64,000 nucleotides of DNA from Candidatus Nomurabacteria bacterium. GTDB taxonomy: Bacteria; Patescibacteriota; Minisyncoccia; Phycocordibacterales; UBA9973. The translations under genes and the position numbers were made by a program. Under the pieces are notes generated by a model. The model saw only the letters and a program-made list of their open reading frames with translations. It ran no database searches and was not told the DNA's origin. The stretch is taken from contig CALRHR010000001.1 in assembly GCA_943359485.1 (NCBI GenBank), positions 51,141 through 115,140 on the forward strand, read 5' to 3'. Below are positions 50,054-58,783 of the stretch, piece after piece (the stretch's first letter is position 1; each line of letters opens with the position of its first letter).

Positions 50054-50482
50054 GTGTATGTTATAATAAAAGCAATGAAATTTATTAAGAAAAATTTTTA
50101 TATCATAGTACTGCTGACTTTTTTGGTTGTTATGCCTATCCTTTCTTTTGCGCAAGCTACGCCTGGCGGGAACCCTATAAGTACACCTGGTGGAAATGCC
50201 GGATGTGACCCCTCGAAGAAAATCTGCAATCCGATAAAAACCGACACCTTAAATGGCTTTATCAGGGCTATCCTTGAAGGCGTCTTCAAGATCGGCTTGC
50301 CTATTTTAGCGTTGGCATTTGTTTTTGTTGGTTTTCTGTTTGTGCAGGCCAGGGGTAATTCGGAAGAATTGACCAAGGCCAAAGATGCTCTGTTGTATAC
50401 TTTAATCGGTGCAGCGGTGATCCTCGGGTCGTGGGCTATCGCACAGCTTATCACTGAAACAGTGACCGCATTAAAACCGTAA
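50054..50482 (+). CDS. small two-TM protein paralog
   Basis: Signal peptide ending SFAQA, a Cys pair, then helix, an EELTKAKD loop and a second helix. Confidence 0.55.
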   Translation: MYVIIKAMKFIKKNFYIIVLLTFLVVMPILSFAQATPGGNPISTPGGNAGCDPSKKICNPIKTDTLNGFIRAILEGVFKIGLPILALAFVFVGFLFVQARGNSEELTKAKDALLYTLIGAAVILGSWAIAQLITETVTALKP

Positions 50483-50517
50483 GGTATGGTTGATTATTAA
50501 TAAAAATAAAAATAAAT

Positions 50518-50820
50518 ATGATGTGTAATCAAGAAGGTTTAATTGAAATGGTGTGTAGGTTGGGTGATCTTTTCAGTATTGTTGTTCCGGTATTAGTGGG
50601 CTTGGGAGTTGTTTACTTTGTCTGGGGTGTCGTTCAATATGTTATTGCTGATGATGTAGAGGCAAAGTCGAAGGGCAAAGACAGGATAATCTTTGGCATT
50701 ATCGGTTTGGCTGTGATTGTTAGTTTGTGGGGGTTAGTGTTCATTCTTACGGATACTTTTTTTGGTGTAGATGCAGGCATGGAAGGTGCCCCTGATTTTC
50801 AAGGTCTACTTCCTGAATAA
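50518..50820 (+). CDS. small two-TM protein paralog
   Basis: Has the core YFVWGVVQYVIADDVEAKSKGKDRIIFGIIGLAVIVSLWGLV. Confidence 0.55.
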   Translation: MMCNQEGLIEMVCRLGDLFSIVVPVLVGLGVVYFVWGVVQYVIADDVEAKSKGKDRIIFGIIGLAVIVSLWGLVFILTDTFFGVDAGMEGAPDFQGLLPE

Positions 50821-50825
50821 AAAAT

Positions 50826-51563
50826 ATGAAAAAATACGCACAAAAAATAGTAAAATTTATTCCAATACTTTTTATTTTAACCTTTGTTCCATTTTTAGTT
50901 TTTGCCCAACCCATACCCCCTTCTGCGCCTTCCGGTTTGGCTGCTGTAATAAATAAAATCAGTGCTTTGCTTAGCTCACTTCTCCCCGTACTTATTTCCC
51001 TAGGAGTACTCTATTTTATTTGGGGAGTTATTATTTATTTTATTGCTGACGATGCAGAGGCAAAGTCGAAGGGCAAAGACAGGATAATCTACGGCATTAT
51101 CGGCCTTGCTGTCATTGTCAGTGTTTGGGGACTGGTTGCCATCTTAAATCAAACTCTTGGTTTGAGTGGGAACTCTGGTTTATCTGGCGTGAGTGCTCCT
51201 TCTAGTATTTCAAATTTGGCACCCTCTTCCAATGTATTACCTTCATGTTCATATATGATAAGTAATAAACCAAAGCTGGCGAATTATCTGGAGTACTTTA
51301 CTTGTATAATTGCTCAATCAGTCATCCCACTTATCTTTGCCATAGCTGTCGTGACCTTTATCTGGGGTGCGGTAAAGTTCTTTATCATCAATGCGGAAGA
51401 GGAAGCCAAAAGAGATCAGGGCAAGCAGTTCATGCTCTGGGGTATTATTGCCCTCGCGGTGATGATCAGTGTTTGGGGTTTGGTCAAAATTCTGGGAGAG
51501 ACCGTGAATATAGATACAAACTATCTGCCTTCAGTTCAGCCGTACAGTTCATCCCGGCCGTAG
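50826..51563 (+). CDS. small two-TM protein paralog with a tandem-duplicated helix-loop-helix module
   Basis: Signal peptide followed by two copies of the module (ADDAEAKSKGKDRIIYG... and NAEEEAKRDQGKQFMLWG...). Confidence 0.55.
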   Translation: MKKYAQKIVKFIPILFILTFVPFLVFAQPIPPSAPSGLAAVINKISALLSSLLPVLISLGVLYFIWGVIIYFIADDAEAKSKGKDRIIYGIIGLAVIVSVWGLVAILNQTLGLSGNSGLSGVSAPSSISNLAPSSNVLPSCSYMISNKPKLANYLEYFTCIIAQSVIPLIFAIAVVTFIWGAVKFFIINAEEEAKRDQGKQFMLWGIIALAVMISVWGLVKILGETVNIDTNYLPSVQPYSSSRP

Positions 51564-51620
51564 CCCTTGCTTTTATTATTAGTATGTTTGTGTTAGAATT
51601 AACAGGTCGTTTATTAATTA

Positions 51621-51700
51621 AGTCAGGTACTAGGTGTTAGGCGCTAGGCATTAGCATAAAATCAAGCTAAAGCTTAAAGTCTAAATTCCTAAAGCCTAAA
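51621..51700. repeat. CTAGGC/CCTAAA hairpin repeat element
   Basis: The arms CTAGGTGTTAGGCGCTAGGCATTAGC and GCTAAAGCTTAAAGTCTAAATTCCTAAAGCCTAAA are imperfectly complementary. Confidence 0.6.
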
Positions 51701-51703
51701 AAA

Positions 51704-52090
51704 ATGAAAAATAAATTAATGGTTTTGTCGGGTTTTGTTATGGGTTTGGTTCCGGTCGTGGCGTTAGCGCAGAATACTGGTGGTACTCCTACTGTGTGTA
51801 CTGCGGGTCCTGTGACAACCTTTCAGGGTGCCTTGTGTAAAATTGGGGAGATTATGAATGCAATCATTCCGATTTTGATAACACTGGGTGTACTGTACTT
51901 TGTCTGGGGAGTTATTTCGTATGTTATTGCTGATGATGAAGAGGCAAAGTCAAAGGGACGAGACAGGATAATCTACGGTATTATCGGCTTGGCTGTTATC
52001 ATTTCTGTTTGGGGATTGGTGAAGATTTTGTCAAATACTTTTGGGCTTACAAATGTACAGCAAATTACTTTTCCGACTGTTTCTTACTAA
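51704..52090 (+). CDS. small two-TM protein paralog
   Basis: Signal peptide and a Cys pair, then the core YFVWGVISYVIADDEEAKSKGRDRIIYGIIGLAVIISVWGLV. Confidence 0.55.
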   Translation: MKNKLMVLSGFVMGLVPVVALAQNTGGTPTVCTAGPVTTFQGALCKIGEIMNAIIPILITLGVLYFVWGVISYVIADDEEAKSKGRDRIIYGIIGLAVIISVWGLVKILSNTFGLTNVQQITFPTVSY

Positions 52091-52140
52091 TCTATAAAGT
52101 GTCGCACCAAGAATCGTGCGACATGATTTCGTAAAATCAC

Positions 52141-52488
52141 ATGAATTTATTTCTCGGTCTTTTCTCTGCCAGGGTGGCTTATGCGAGCGTTGATACCTTT
52201 ATGAATAGCGTAGGCGAGCTTATCATAAATCCGCTCATCAATTTTCTTTTTGCTCTAGCGGTGGTGTATTTTCTGTATGGCGTGTTTGAATTTCTGTCCA
52301 ATCAGGAAAATGAAGACAAGAGAACAGCCGGCAAGAGCCACATGCTTTGGGGAATTGTCGGCATCACCATCATGATGGGTGTGTGGATCATCTTTGGTCT
52401 TATTCTGGACACTTTTAACTTAAGAGGTGACATAGATGTCAGTTCAGGAGGGGTTATAAATGTGAAGTTGCCACCATACAATCCTTAA
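52141..52488 (+). CDS. small two-TM protein paralog (divergent)
   Basis: A helix, an ENEDKRTAGKSHMLWGIVG loop and a second helix. Confidence 0.45.
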   Translation: MNLFLGLFSARVAYASVDTFMNSVGELIINPLINFLFALAVVYFLYGVFEFLSNQENEDKRTAGKSHMLWGIVGITIMMGVWIIFGLILDTFNLRGDIDVSSGGVINVKLPPYNP

Positions 52489-52624
52489 TAGAGAATTCAT
52501 CTCAAGAGAATAAATTCAAATTAGAGACATAAAAAGGGCGACTTCGCAAAAGCGAAGTCGCCCTTTTAGGTTCTGGAGTCAGTTTACTTTGCACAGCATA
52601 GATCTTTTGTGGTATACTGCAACT

Positions 52625-52855
52625 ATGAAAAATATCATTCAATTTTCAATCGAAAAAGGGCAGGATGGGTATTACATTGCTACAGCAAATGATTTTGCTA
52701 TTATTACCCAAGCGAAAAATTTAGAAGATTTGTTTGTAAATATTAAAGAAGCCACCGAGCTTCACTTTGAAGAAATTTTAGAAGAAGAAACATCTCTGAG
52801 CCGCAATCCTTCAATTTTTATAAACTACGAAATGCCTATCGCGCTCTATGCCTAA
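52625..52855 (+). CDS. hicB: HicB-family antitoxin
   Basis: UPF0150-like over IEKGQDGYYIATANDF...IKEATELHFEE, and it overlaps hicA. Confidence 0.6.
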   Translation: MKNIIQFSIEKGQDGYYIATANDFAIITQAKNLEDLFVNIKEATELHFEEILEEETSLSRNPSIFINYEMPIALYA

Positions 52856-53090
52856 ATTAAAGCGACTTTCTGGCAAAGAAGTCATAACTTTTTGTGAACA
52901 ACACAATTTTAGTATCAGTAGACAGAAAGGAAGCCATATTAATTTGGTACGAATTGTTTCAGAGAAAAAACAAGTGGTGACCGTGCCAAATCATAAAGAA
53001 ATAGACAGAGGAACATTGCATAATATTTTCAAGAAACTGTCTTCATTCATTCCTGAAGAAGATTTAAGAAAATTTTTCTTTACTGACTAG
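52848..53090 (+). CDS. hicA: HicA-family toxin (mRNA interferase)
   Basis: LKRLSGKEVITFCEQHNFSISRQKGSHINL matches the HicA KGSH motif. Confidence 0.65.
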   Translation: MPKLKRLSGKEVITFCEQHNFSISRQKGSHINLVRIVSEKKQVVTVPNHKEIDRGTLHNIFKKLSSFIPEEDLRKFFFTD

Positions 53091-53102
53091 GTAAAATCAA
53101 AA

Positions 53103-53160
53103 AGGCGGTCGTTCATCGCTGAACGGGTCCGCCTTTTGTTTTGCGCGTGGGGCTCGCACG
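53103..53160. terminator. bidirectional terminator hairpins
   Basis: AAAGGCGGTCGTTCATCGCTGAACGGGTCCGCCTTTTGTTTTG, plus a second hairpin CGCGTGGGGCTCGCACGCG. Confidence 0.6.
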
Positions 53161-53248
53161 CGCGATGTTTTCATGAGCCCTCCTTTCTCCGAAGTTGATC
53201 TGCTTCGGGCAGAGACCTTCTTTGCGCTGGTCAGGCGCTCCGAGAGAA

Positions 53249-54253
53249 TTACTCCCGGATGTATACACCTGTGGCTGGGGTTGCCCCCTCGCCACAGAAC
53301 TTCCAGATCCCCGCCATCCCGATGGACGGCGGGGGGGTGGTGCCGAAGGTCTCTGTATGAGATCCTCCGTCCGGGTCAAACACCTTCATGGAGCCCCGAT
53401 CGGGACCCCACTGGCTGTTGATCCGTAGGTTCCGTTCGTAACAGCCATCTGTTCCGAACGGGTAGAGGGTGGGTGTCGGCCCTACCTTCGCGGGCGCCGG
53501 GGCTGTCGAGGCCACCGGCGTGGATGTCCGGCTACCTGCCGGTGAGGGGGGTGCGGGAGGTAACAATCCCCCAAAAAATCCACCCACTGTCTCCCGGATC
53601 TCGGTCCCGACCCGTTGGGCTACTTTGTCGCCGACTACAGCCTTTTTTGCTGTGTCGATAGCCACTGGGCCGATGCCGCGCCCCTCGGATGCCGCCTGAT
53701 CTGCTTCCTCCCACTTCGTCGTGGGGGCGGGAATCGCGGGGACCGTCATTGGCGTCGCCGACTTCGGCCGAGCCATCTCGGCCGATCGTGGCATTTCCCT
53801 TGCCACGAAAAGGGAAATCAACACTATTCCGAAGATGGTGAGCGCTGGCTTCACTCGGCCGTGTGCCGTCATTGCGGCGATCACGACCGAACAAAAAAAC
53901 AGCGCTACCCAAATTAAGATATCCGTACTGGCTGTTGGGTATAGCCATGGGCGTGGTCCCGTGGTGAGAAAGTAGCTGAAGGCGAAGTTATTGCTAACTC
54001 CGACAACAGTAGTTCCCACCATCATGACGAATGTAAGCGTAGAGAACCCGACGATGAATTTCTTCATTCCATCGGAAATTCCGCCGCCGTGTGCCGCCGC
54101 GGGTCGCGAGAGGCCGCCCCAGCCTTGGTGCTGGGCCAGCTTGTAAAGGCCGTACAGCACTCCGCCGACGATAGCGACGGTCCAGGGGTTCCAGCCGAAT
54201 GAGCTCGACACCCAATACACTCCCAGGGCCGCGATTGCAAATTTCCAAAACAT
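53249..54253 (-). CDS. polytopic membrane protein with Pro/Thr-rich extracellular C-terminal region (GC-rich island gene C)
   Basis: Several predicted TM helices and a high-GC codon bias. The leader repeat lies immediately upstream. Confidence 0.55.
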   Translation of the reverse strand: MFWKFAIAALGVYWVSSSFGWNPWTVAIVGGVLYGLYKLAQHQGWGGLSRPAAAHGGGISDGMKKFIVGFSTLTFVMMVGTTVVGVSNNFAFSYFLTTGPRPWLYPTASTDILIWVALFFCSVVIAAMTAHGRVKPALTIFGIVLISLFVAREMPRSAEMARPKSATPMTVPAIPAPTTKWEEADQAASEGRGIGPVAIDTAKKAVVGDKVAQRVGTEIRETVGGFFGGLLPPAPPSPAGSRTSTPVASTAPAPAKVGPTPTLYPFGTDGCYERNLRINSQWGPDRGSMKVFDPDGGSHTETFGTTPPPSIGMAGIWKFCGEGATPATGVYIRE

Positions 54254-54254
54254 T

Positions 54255-54600
54255 TCATTTCTTCCTTAACTCCGTCCCCTTGACTGGGCAACATGGAGTT
54301 GGAGCAGACTGATCAGAGTACTACAACCGCTTGCGCGTTTGTCTTACTTTGAATAGTCTGCCCGCTAGGAAGCCGGATTTTTTCTCTCCTCTCCTTACCC
54401 CCTCCGCTTTCAGCACCTCCCCCTAAATAGGGGGAGGCCGGGTAGGGGTACAAAGGGGTGAGGGTTCAGCTACATGGCGGGCAAACCATTCATTTTGCTC
54501 GAAATTCTACTTACTTCTTATTTAATTTTCGAAGGTCAGCTTTACCTATGTATTGTATCACACTTATGACAAAAAGTCAAGCCCTTTGGGCTGAATTTGT
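54255..54600 (-). promoter_or_regulatory. ~310-bp AT-rich leader, copy 1: near-consensus sigma-70 promoter plus structured 5' UTR
   Basis: On the minus strand the promoter reads TTGACT-N17-TACAAT (about 54560-54590). The leader has a conserved P1 hairpin UCGAAAAUU...AAUUUCGA and a closing helix UGCCCG/CGGGCA around a variable GC-rich core. It is duplicated at 56190-56500. Confidence 0.6.
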
Positions 54601-54783
54601 CCTTATTTTGTAAGGTTAAAATGATAAAAGGGCCGCCTCAGTGAAGAGACAGCCCTTTGTTTTGCGCTGGGCCTGTGCGCGATTTGGGCCCTGGGTTGAC
54701 GAGTCCCCGTTGCGTCACTCTGGTTTGTTCCCTCCAGACGGGAGACCTCTATTTTGTAAGCGCTGGTCAGGTGCTTTGTCTTT

Positions 54784-55281
54784 TTAGGGGCAGTACCGGC
54801 TTGCCCCCTCTTCGAGGGGGTTGAACGGCCGTTTCTTCCCGTCCTCCCCGACGATCTCGTCGGGGCAGCCGAATTTCTTGTGTTTGGGGGTCCCTACCCC
54901 CAGAATTTTGTCGACGGCCTGGTCGAGCGCTTGCCCGACAGAGACCGCCGACTTGCCGTCGCCGAGTCCAAGACTCCCGAGGACCTTGTTGATCCCCTCG
55001 AGGGCCGCGTTCCCGGCGGTCTTTCCGATCTCAAGCGCGCGCCGATTGCGCAGCGCGCGGGCCTTGGCTAGAATCGTCGGAGTGCTGTCCTCCGGATGCG
55101 CCTCGAGCCAGGCCAGCGTCTTGCTGGCCCCGTCATAGAGCGCCTTCGCTCCCTCGATTGTTGTAGCGGCTGGAGCCTTCTCCAGAGCCGCCACTTTCTG
55201 CGCCATTTTTTCTTGTCGGCTGGCGCCACAACCGACCGCCGTGAGTGCCACGGCGAGCACGAACGTCAAGAGGAAATTCAT
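54784..55281 (-). CDS. putative lipoprotein (GC-rich island gene B)
   Basis: The signal sequence MNFLLTFVLAVALTAVGC has a lipobox-like Cys, and a strong GGAGG SD lies upstream. The region is high-GC. Confidence 0.5.
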   Translation of the reverse strand: MNFLLTFVLAVALTAVGCGASRQEKMAQKVAALEKAPAATTIEGAKALYDGASKTLAWLEAHPEDSTPTILAKARALRNRRALEIGKTAGNAALEGINKVLGSLGLGDGKSAVSVGQALDQAVDKILGVGTPKHKKFGCPDEIVGEDGKKRPFNPLEEGASRYCP

Positions 55282-56153
55282 TTCTTCCCTCCCCCTCCAA
55301 ACATTCCCTTGACTATCCACTCCAGGGGCTGGGTGACTACCTCACCCAGGGAGTGTTTGGCGGCCAACTCCCCAATGCCGCCAATCTTCCATTTCCTAAT
55401 ACCCCCGAGGACCTCGTCCCAACGGGAGCAGACGATGGCTCCGACGAGCGCTATCATCTGCCACCCGAGAACTCCCCACCCCATAGCCTTCTCCCCGAAG
55501 AGAAACGAGTTAATGGTTGCCCAAAAACCGAATTCCCCCAGGGGATCCTCGAGCGGAGTCGTTGCCACAGCCCAGAACTGGGCTTTGGCGATTTCGATGG
55601 GGTTTAGGGTTGCTGGCGCCGCGGTAGGGTCCACCCACCACAAAAACACCACCCCTAACACCATCCACACCGTCGTGCGAAGTACCCAGTTGTTGTCGCC
55701 GAGCCGGATCAGGACACTCCGCCCGATCTCCGCAGCCCCACGGCCGTGAGTCTCGATTCCCGCGAAGATGGCGAAGACCGCGAGCGTGGTCACGAGGGCA
55801 ACTAGCGTAAAGGCTGGGTAGCCGAACCAAAAACCGAAGACGATCCAGTAGAGTACTATGAACAGCGCCCCCCAGAATCCCACGGTCTTCGGCTTGATCA
55901 CTACCTCGCCTTCGTCGCAAGCGCCATCGCCTACGACTTCGGCCCTAATGATGTGTCGTCCCGGTTTGAGGTCTTTGAGCTCGAAGCTCGCGACCCCGCC
56001 TTCCGTCTTTACGGCGCGCTTGCGCTTGCCGTCGACCGAGAAACGAACCTGGACTTCTTTCTCGCCACCTTTTTTCCCGGCGGTGGCCGGCCGGTCTGAC
56101 ACGACGGCTTCCGCCACCGTGTCTTTCTCTACTAAACTCAAAGTCAAAATCAT
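55278..56153 (-). CDS. membrane protein with N-terminal soluble beta-rich domain (GC-rich island gene A)
   Basis: Starts MILTLSLVE after an AGGAGA SD, has several TM helices and shows high-GC codon bias. Confidence 0.55.
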   Translation of the reverse strand: MILTLSLVEKDTVAEAVVSDRPATAGKKGGEKEVQVRFSVDGKRKRAVKTEGGVASFELKDLKPGRHIIRAEVVGDGACDEGEVVIKPKTVGFWGALFIVLYWIVFGFWFGYPAFTLVALVTTLAVFAIFAGIETHGRGAAEIGRSVLIRLGDNNWVLRTTVWMVLGVVFLWWVDPTAAPATLNPIEIAKAQFWAVATTPLEDPLGEFGFWATINSFLFGEKAMGWGVLGWQMIALVGAIVCSRWDEVLGGIRKWKIGGIGELAAKHSLGEVVTQPLEWIVKGMFGGGGKK

Positions 56154-56189
56154 TATCTTTCTCCTAATCAAATTTTTTCTCGAGCACAC

Positions 56190-56500
56190 GATTCAGAATA
56201 CTACAACCACTTGCGTGTTTGTCGTTTCCTGAATAGTCTGCCCATCAATGAGCCGATGCATTTCCTCTCCCTGCGAAGGGGGAGATTTGAGAGGGGGTCT
56301 CAAGAATTACCACCCCTAGCCCCTCCTTAATCAAGGAGGGGAGGAAACATAAAATACTCAGCTTCTTAACGGGCAAACCATTCATTTCCCCGCCAGTCTG
56401 GCCGGGGTAAATTGCTCGAAATTCTACTTACTTCTTATTTAATTTTCGAGTAACAGCTTTACCTATGTATTGTATCACACTTATGACAAAAAGTCAAGCC
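56190..56500 (-). promoter_or_regulatory. ~310-bp AT-rich leader, copy 2
   Basis: About 100 bp are near-identical to copy 1, including TTGACTTTTTGTCATAAGTGTGATACAATACATAGGTAAAGC, and the same P1 hairpin and closing helix are present. Confidence 0.6.
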
Positions 56501-56626
56501 TAAATGCTCCAAAACAGCCTTATTTTACAGGCTATTTTGGGGCATTATTGACATTAGTCTTGTATTGTGTTTTTAAAAAAGTCTATAGTTCTTGTCTTAA
56601 TCTAATTCAAATGATATTATATAAAT

Positions 56627-56857
56627 ATGAACACCGTAACCTTACCCAAAAATCAATACATGCAAATTTTAAGCACTCAAGACAAATTTCAAGTGGATTT
56701 GTCTCGCTTGGAGAGAATGGTTTCTTATATGGTTCAAGATGAAGTTAGTCCGGTGTATATGACCAGACTTTCTAAGATAGAGAAAGGTCTTTCCGCTGGC
56801 AAAGGTGTTAAGTTTAAAAATAAAAGTGAACTCAAAAAATTCTTTCGTTCTTTATAG
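56627..56857 (+). CDS. putative antitoxin partner of a RelE/ParE toxin
   Basis: 76 aa ORF sitting 2 nt upstream of the toxin gene. Confidence 0.45.
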   Translation: MNTVTLPKNQYMQILSTQDKFQVDLSRLERMVSYMVQDEVSPVYMTRLSKIEKGLSAGKGVKFKNKSELKKFFRSL

Positions 56858-56859
56858 TT

Positions 56860-57144
56860 ATGAATAATTTAGAGAAGATGAATTTTATTTTTTCTCTGGA
56901 ATTTAAAAAAATTCTAGAGAAAATGGCAAAGAAAGATAAATTAGGATTAAAAAAAATAGAAGACCAAGTATATAAAATAATCTCTAATCCACTCATAGGT
57001 AAACCTCTTCGTAATGTTATGAAAAGTTATCGACGAGTTCATATAGGGCATTTTGTTTTGATTTATAAAATAGAGAACGGAGAGATAACATTTGCAGATT
57101 ATGACCATCATGATCGCATTTATAAAAAATATTCTCTAACCTAA
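56860..57144 (+). CDS. RelE/ParE-family toxin
   Basis: KPLRNVMKSYRRVHIGHFVLIYKIENGEITFADYDHHDRIY is a RelE/ParE signature. Confidence 0.65.
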   Translation: MNNLEKMNFIFSLEFKKILEKMAKKDKLGLKKIEDQVYKIISNPLIGKPLRNVMKSYRRVHIGHFVLIYKIENGEITFADYDHHDRIYKKYSLT

Positions 57145-57145
57145 T

Positions 57146-58057
57146 ATGCTACTTTCTGCCATCATCACAATAATCGGCCTCTCGCTCTTTGAAGCAGTTT
57201 CTTCGGTTGACAATGCCATCATCAATGCGGAAGTTCTCTCGACCATGGGGGCCAAGGCACGGCGCTGGTTTTTGACTTGGGGGATGTTCATTGCGGTCTT
57301 TCTAGTTCGCGGGCTTTTACCTTTTGCAATAATCTGGGCTTTTAATACATCTCTCTCACCACTCCAAGTTTTATCTGCGGCCTGGTCTTCAGATCCGCTC
57401 GTTTTGGCGTCCATAGAAAAGTCCGCGCCGATACTCCTCGTCGCCGGGGGAGTTTTCTTGTTATTTTTATTTTTGCATTGGCTTTTCTTGGAAGAAAAAC
57501 ATTTGGGTTTGCCTATGGCAGAGAAATTCTTTATGAAGAATGGGGTTTGGTTTTATGCCACTGTATCAGTCCTTCTTTCAATTATCGCTTGGTTTGCATT
57601 AAAGGAGAGCAACCTGATGGGCTTTGGTGCTGTTGTTGGTTCCAGTTTATTTTTTATTACGCATGGTTTCAAGCAAAATGCCGAGGAGCAAGAAAAAAAA
57701 CTGCTCGGGTCGGCACACTCTGATCTCTCCAAGCTTTTTTTCTTGGAAATAATTGATACTACATTTTCTATCGATGGTGTGCTCGGCGCTTTTGCTTTTA
57801 CTCTTTCGGTGCCACTCATTCTGCTTGGCAATGGTTTCGGAGCGCTCTTGGTGCGGGAGCTGACGATTCGCAATATCGAACGAATAAAAAAATATGTTTA
57901 TTTAAAAAATGGGGCGATGTATTCCATTCTGGTTTTGGGGATGATTATGATACTGCACAGCTTTGGGTTTCACATACCGGAATACGCTTCGCCACTTTCT
58001 ACTTTTATCATTATTGGATTCTTTTTTTGGAAGTCGCGAAAATCGTTGCAGGTGTAG
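57146..58057 (+). CDS. TerC/DUF475-family integral membrane protein
   Basis: The EAVSSVDNAIINA motif (ExxLSxDNA) occurs near the start of a polytopic membrane protein. Confidence 0.5.
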   Translation: MLLSAIITIIGLSLFEAVSSVDNAIINAEVLSTMGAKARRWFLTWGMFIAVFLVRGLLPFAIIWAFNTSLSPLQVLSAAWSSDPLVLASIEKSAPILLVAGGVFLLFLFLHWLFLEEKHLGLPMAEKFFMKNGVWFYATVSVLLSIIAWFALKESNLMGFGAVVGSSLFFITHGFKQNAEEQEKKLLGSAHSDLSKLFFLEIIDTTFSIDGVLGAFAFTLSVPLILLGNGFGALLVRELTIRNIERIKKYVYLKNGAMYSILVLGMIMILHSFGFHIPEYASPLSTFIIIGFFFWKSRKSLQV

Positions 58058-58093
58058 TTTTTGAGAGGCCTTTCGCAGGTCGTTCGACTCTGA

Positions 58094-58127
58094 GAGTCTC
58101 AGACTCGATGAGCCGACGGGCCGAGAA
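58094..58127. repeat. 32-nt repeat TCGACTCTGAGAGTCTCAGACTCGATGAGCCGA (copy 1)
   Basis: Contains the palindrome TCTGAGAgTCTCAGA. A second copy lies at 59657-59689. Confidence 0.6.
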
Positions 58128-58200
58128 GTTCGCTCCGCAAGCTTGCGGAGACAGATTGCCTATCAAAAACTATACCAAGAAAGATTTTCACAACTAAAAC

Positions 58201-58230
58201 AAAAAAATCCCCGAGCGGGGATTTTTTTGT
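58201..58230. terminator. bidirectional rho-independent terminator
   Basis: AAAAAAATCCCCGAGCGGGGATTTTTTTG. Confidence 0.8.
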
Positions 58231-58235
58231 TTCGG

Positions 58236-58745
58236 TTATGCATGCTTTAGGGGTGTGTCGTGATAGTTTTGCTCTCCGCGGAATACCCTCCTAACTAAGA
58301 TGACTATCAAGAGAATTAATATCGCAAGAAGAATCCATTGAACAAGCCCAGAAGGCATGAAACTATTTGAACCATAGATGACATTGGCAGCAAGTTCTTT
58401 GACATCTTCCGCAGTCTTGACTGGTTCGTCGGCAGTAGAAGTTGTGGCAACTTTGTTCGTAGCAGGCGCTGCTTTTCTCACGGTAGTCGTAGTGGTAGTT
58501 GCCTGTGGAGCATAAGCGTTAGTATTTCCTGAGTAAATAGTAGGCGCGTCGGAATACTCAGTATTAGTATTTACTCCCGCAGAATTGTCTCGTACAGTAG
58601 CCCACTTAGTGCTGTTGTAAGGGGTAACATACCCGGCTCTGTCGGCACTTGCTTCTGTGGGTACAAACATGACCCCTAGAGCCAAAATAGTGAATGCTTG
58701 TAAGCCATAAAATGCTATATTTAATTTTTGATTATATTTATTCAT
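58236..58745 (-). CDS. membrane-anchored surface protein, Thr-rich
   Basis: Has an N-terminal signal/TM segment and a C-terminal TM anchor, with a poly-Thr stretch. Confidence 0.5.
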   Translation of the reverse strand: MNKYNQKLNIAFYGLQAFTILALGVMFVPTEASADRAGYVTPYNSTKWATVRDNSAGVNTNTEYSDAPTIYSGNTNAYAPQATTTTTTVRKAAPATNKVATTSTADEPVKTAEDVKELAANVIYGSNSFMPSGLVQWILLAILILLIVILVRRVFRGEQNYHDTPLKHA

Positions 58746-58783
58746 ACTTATAGTATAGCATATATAAAAACAAATGTCAAGTT

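Noticed and set aside
51302-51640. 112-aa ORF in an alternative frame over the fourth pilin-like paralog
   Set aside because: It is a Gly/Arg-rich out-of-frame translation of the better-supported 50826-51563 gene.
53173-55920. Numerous plus-strand and overlapping ORFs (53173-53421, 53469-53699, 53615-53917, 54821-55138, 55096-55749, 55245-55607, 55510-55920 and others) inside the GC-rich island
   Set aside because: High GC suppresses stop codons. They overlap the better-supported minus-strand membrane and lipoprotein genes and have no motifs.
53095-56230. GC-rich island as simple contamination or assembly chimera
   Set aside because: This is not excluded. It is less likely because the island is interleaved with two copies of a host-like AT-rich leader, and both junctions continue into typical low-GC flanking genes. 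It is reported as a finding with read-mapping checks suggested.
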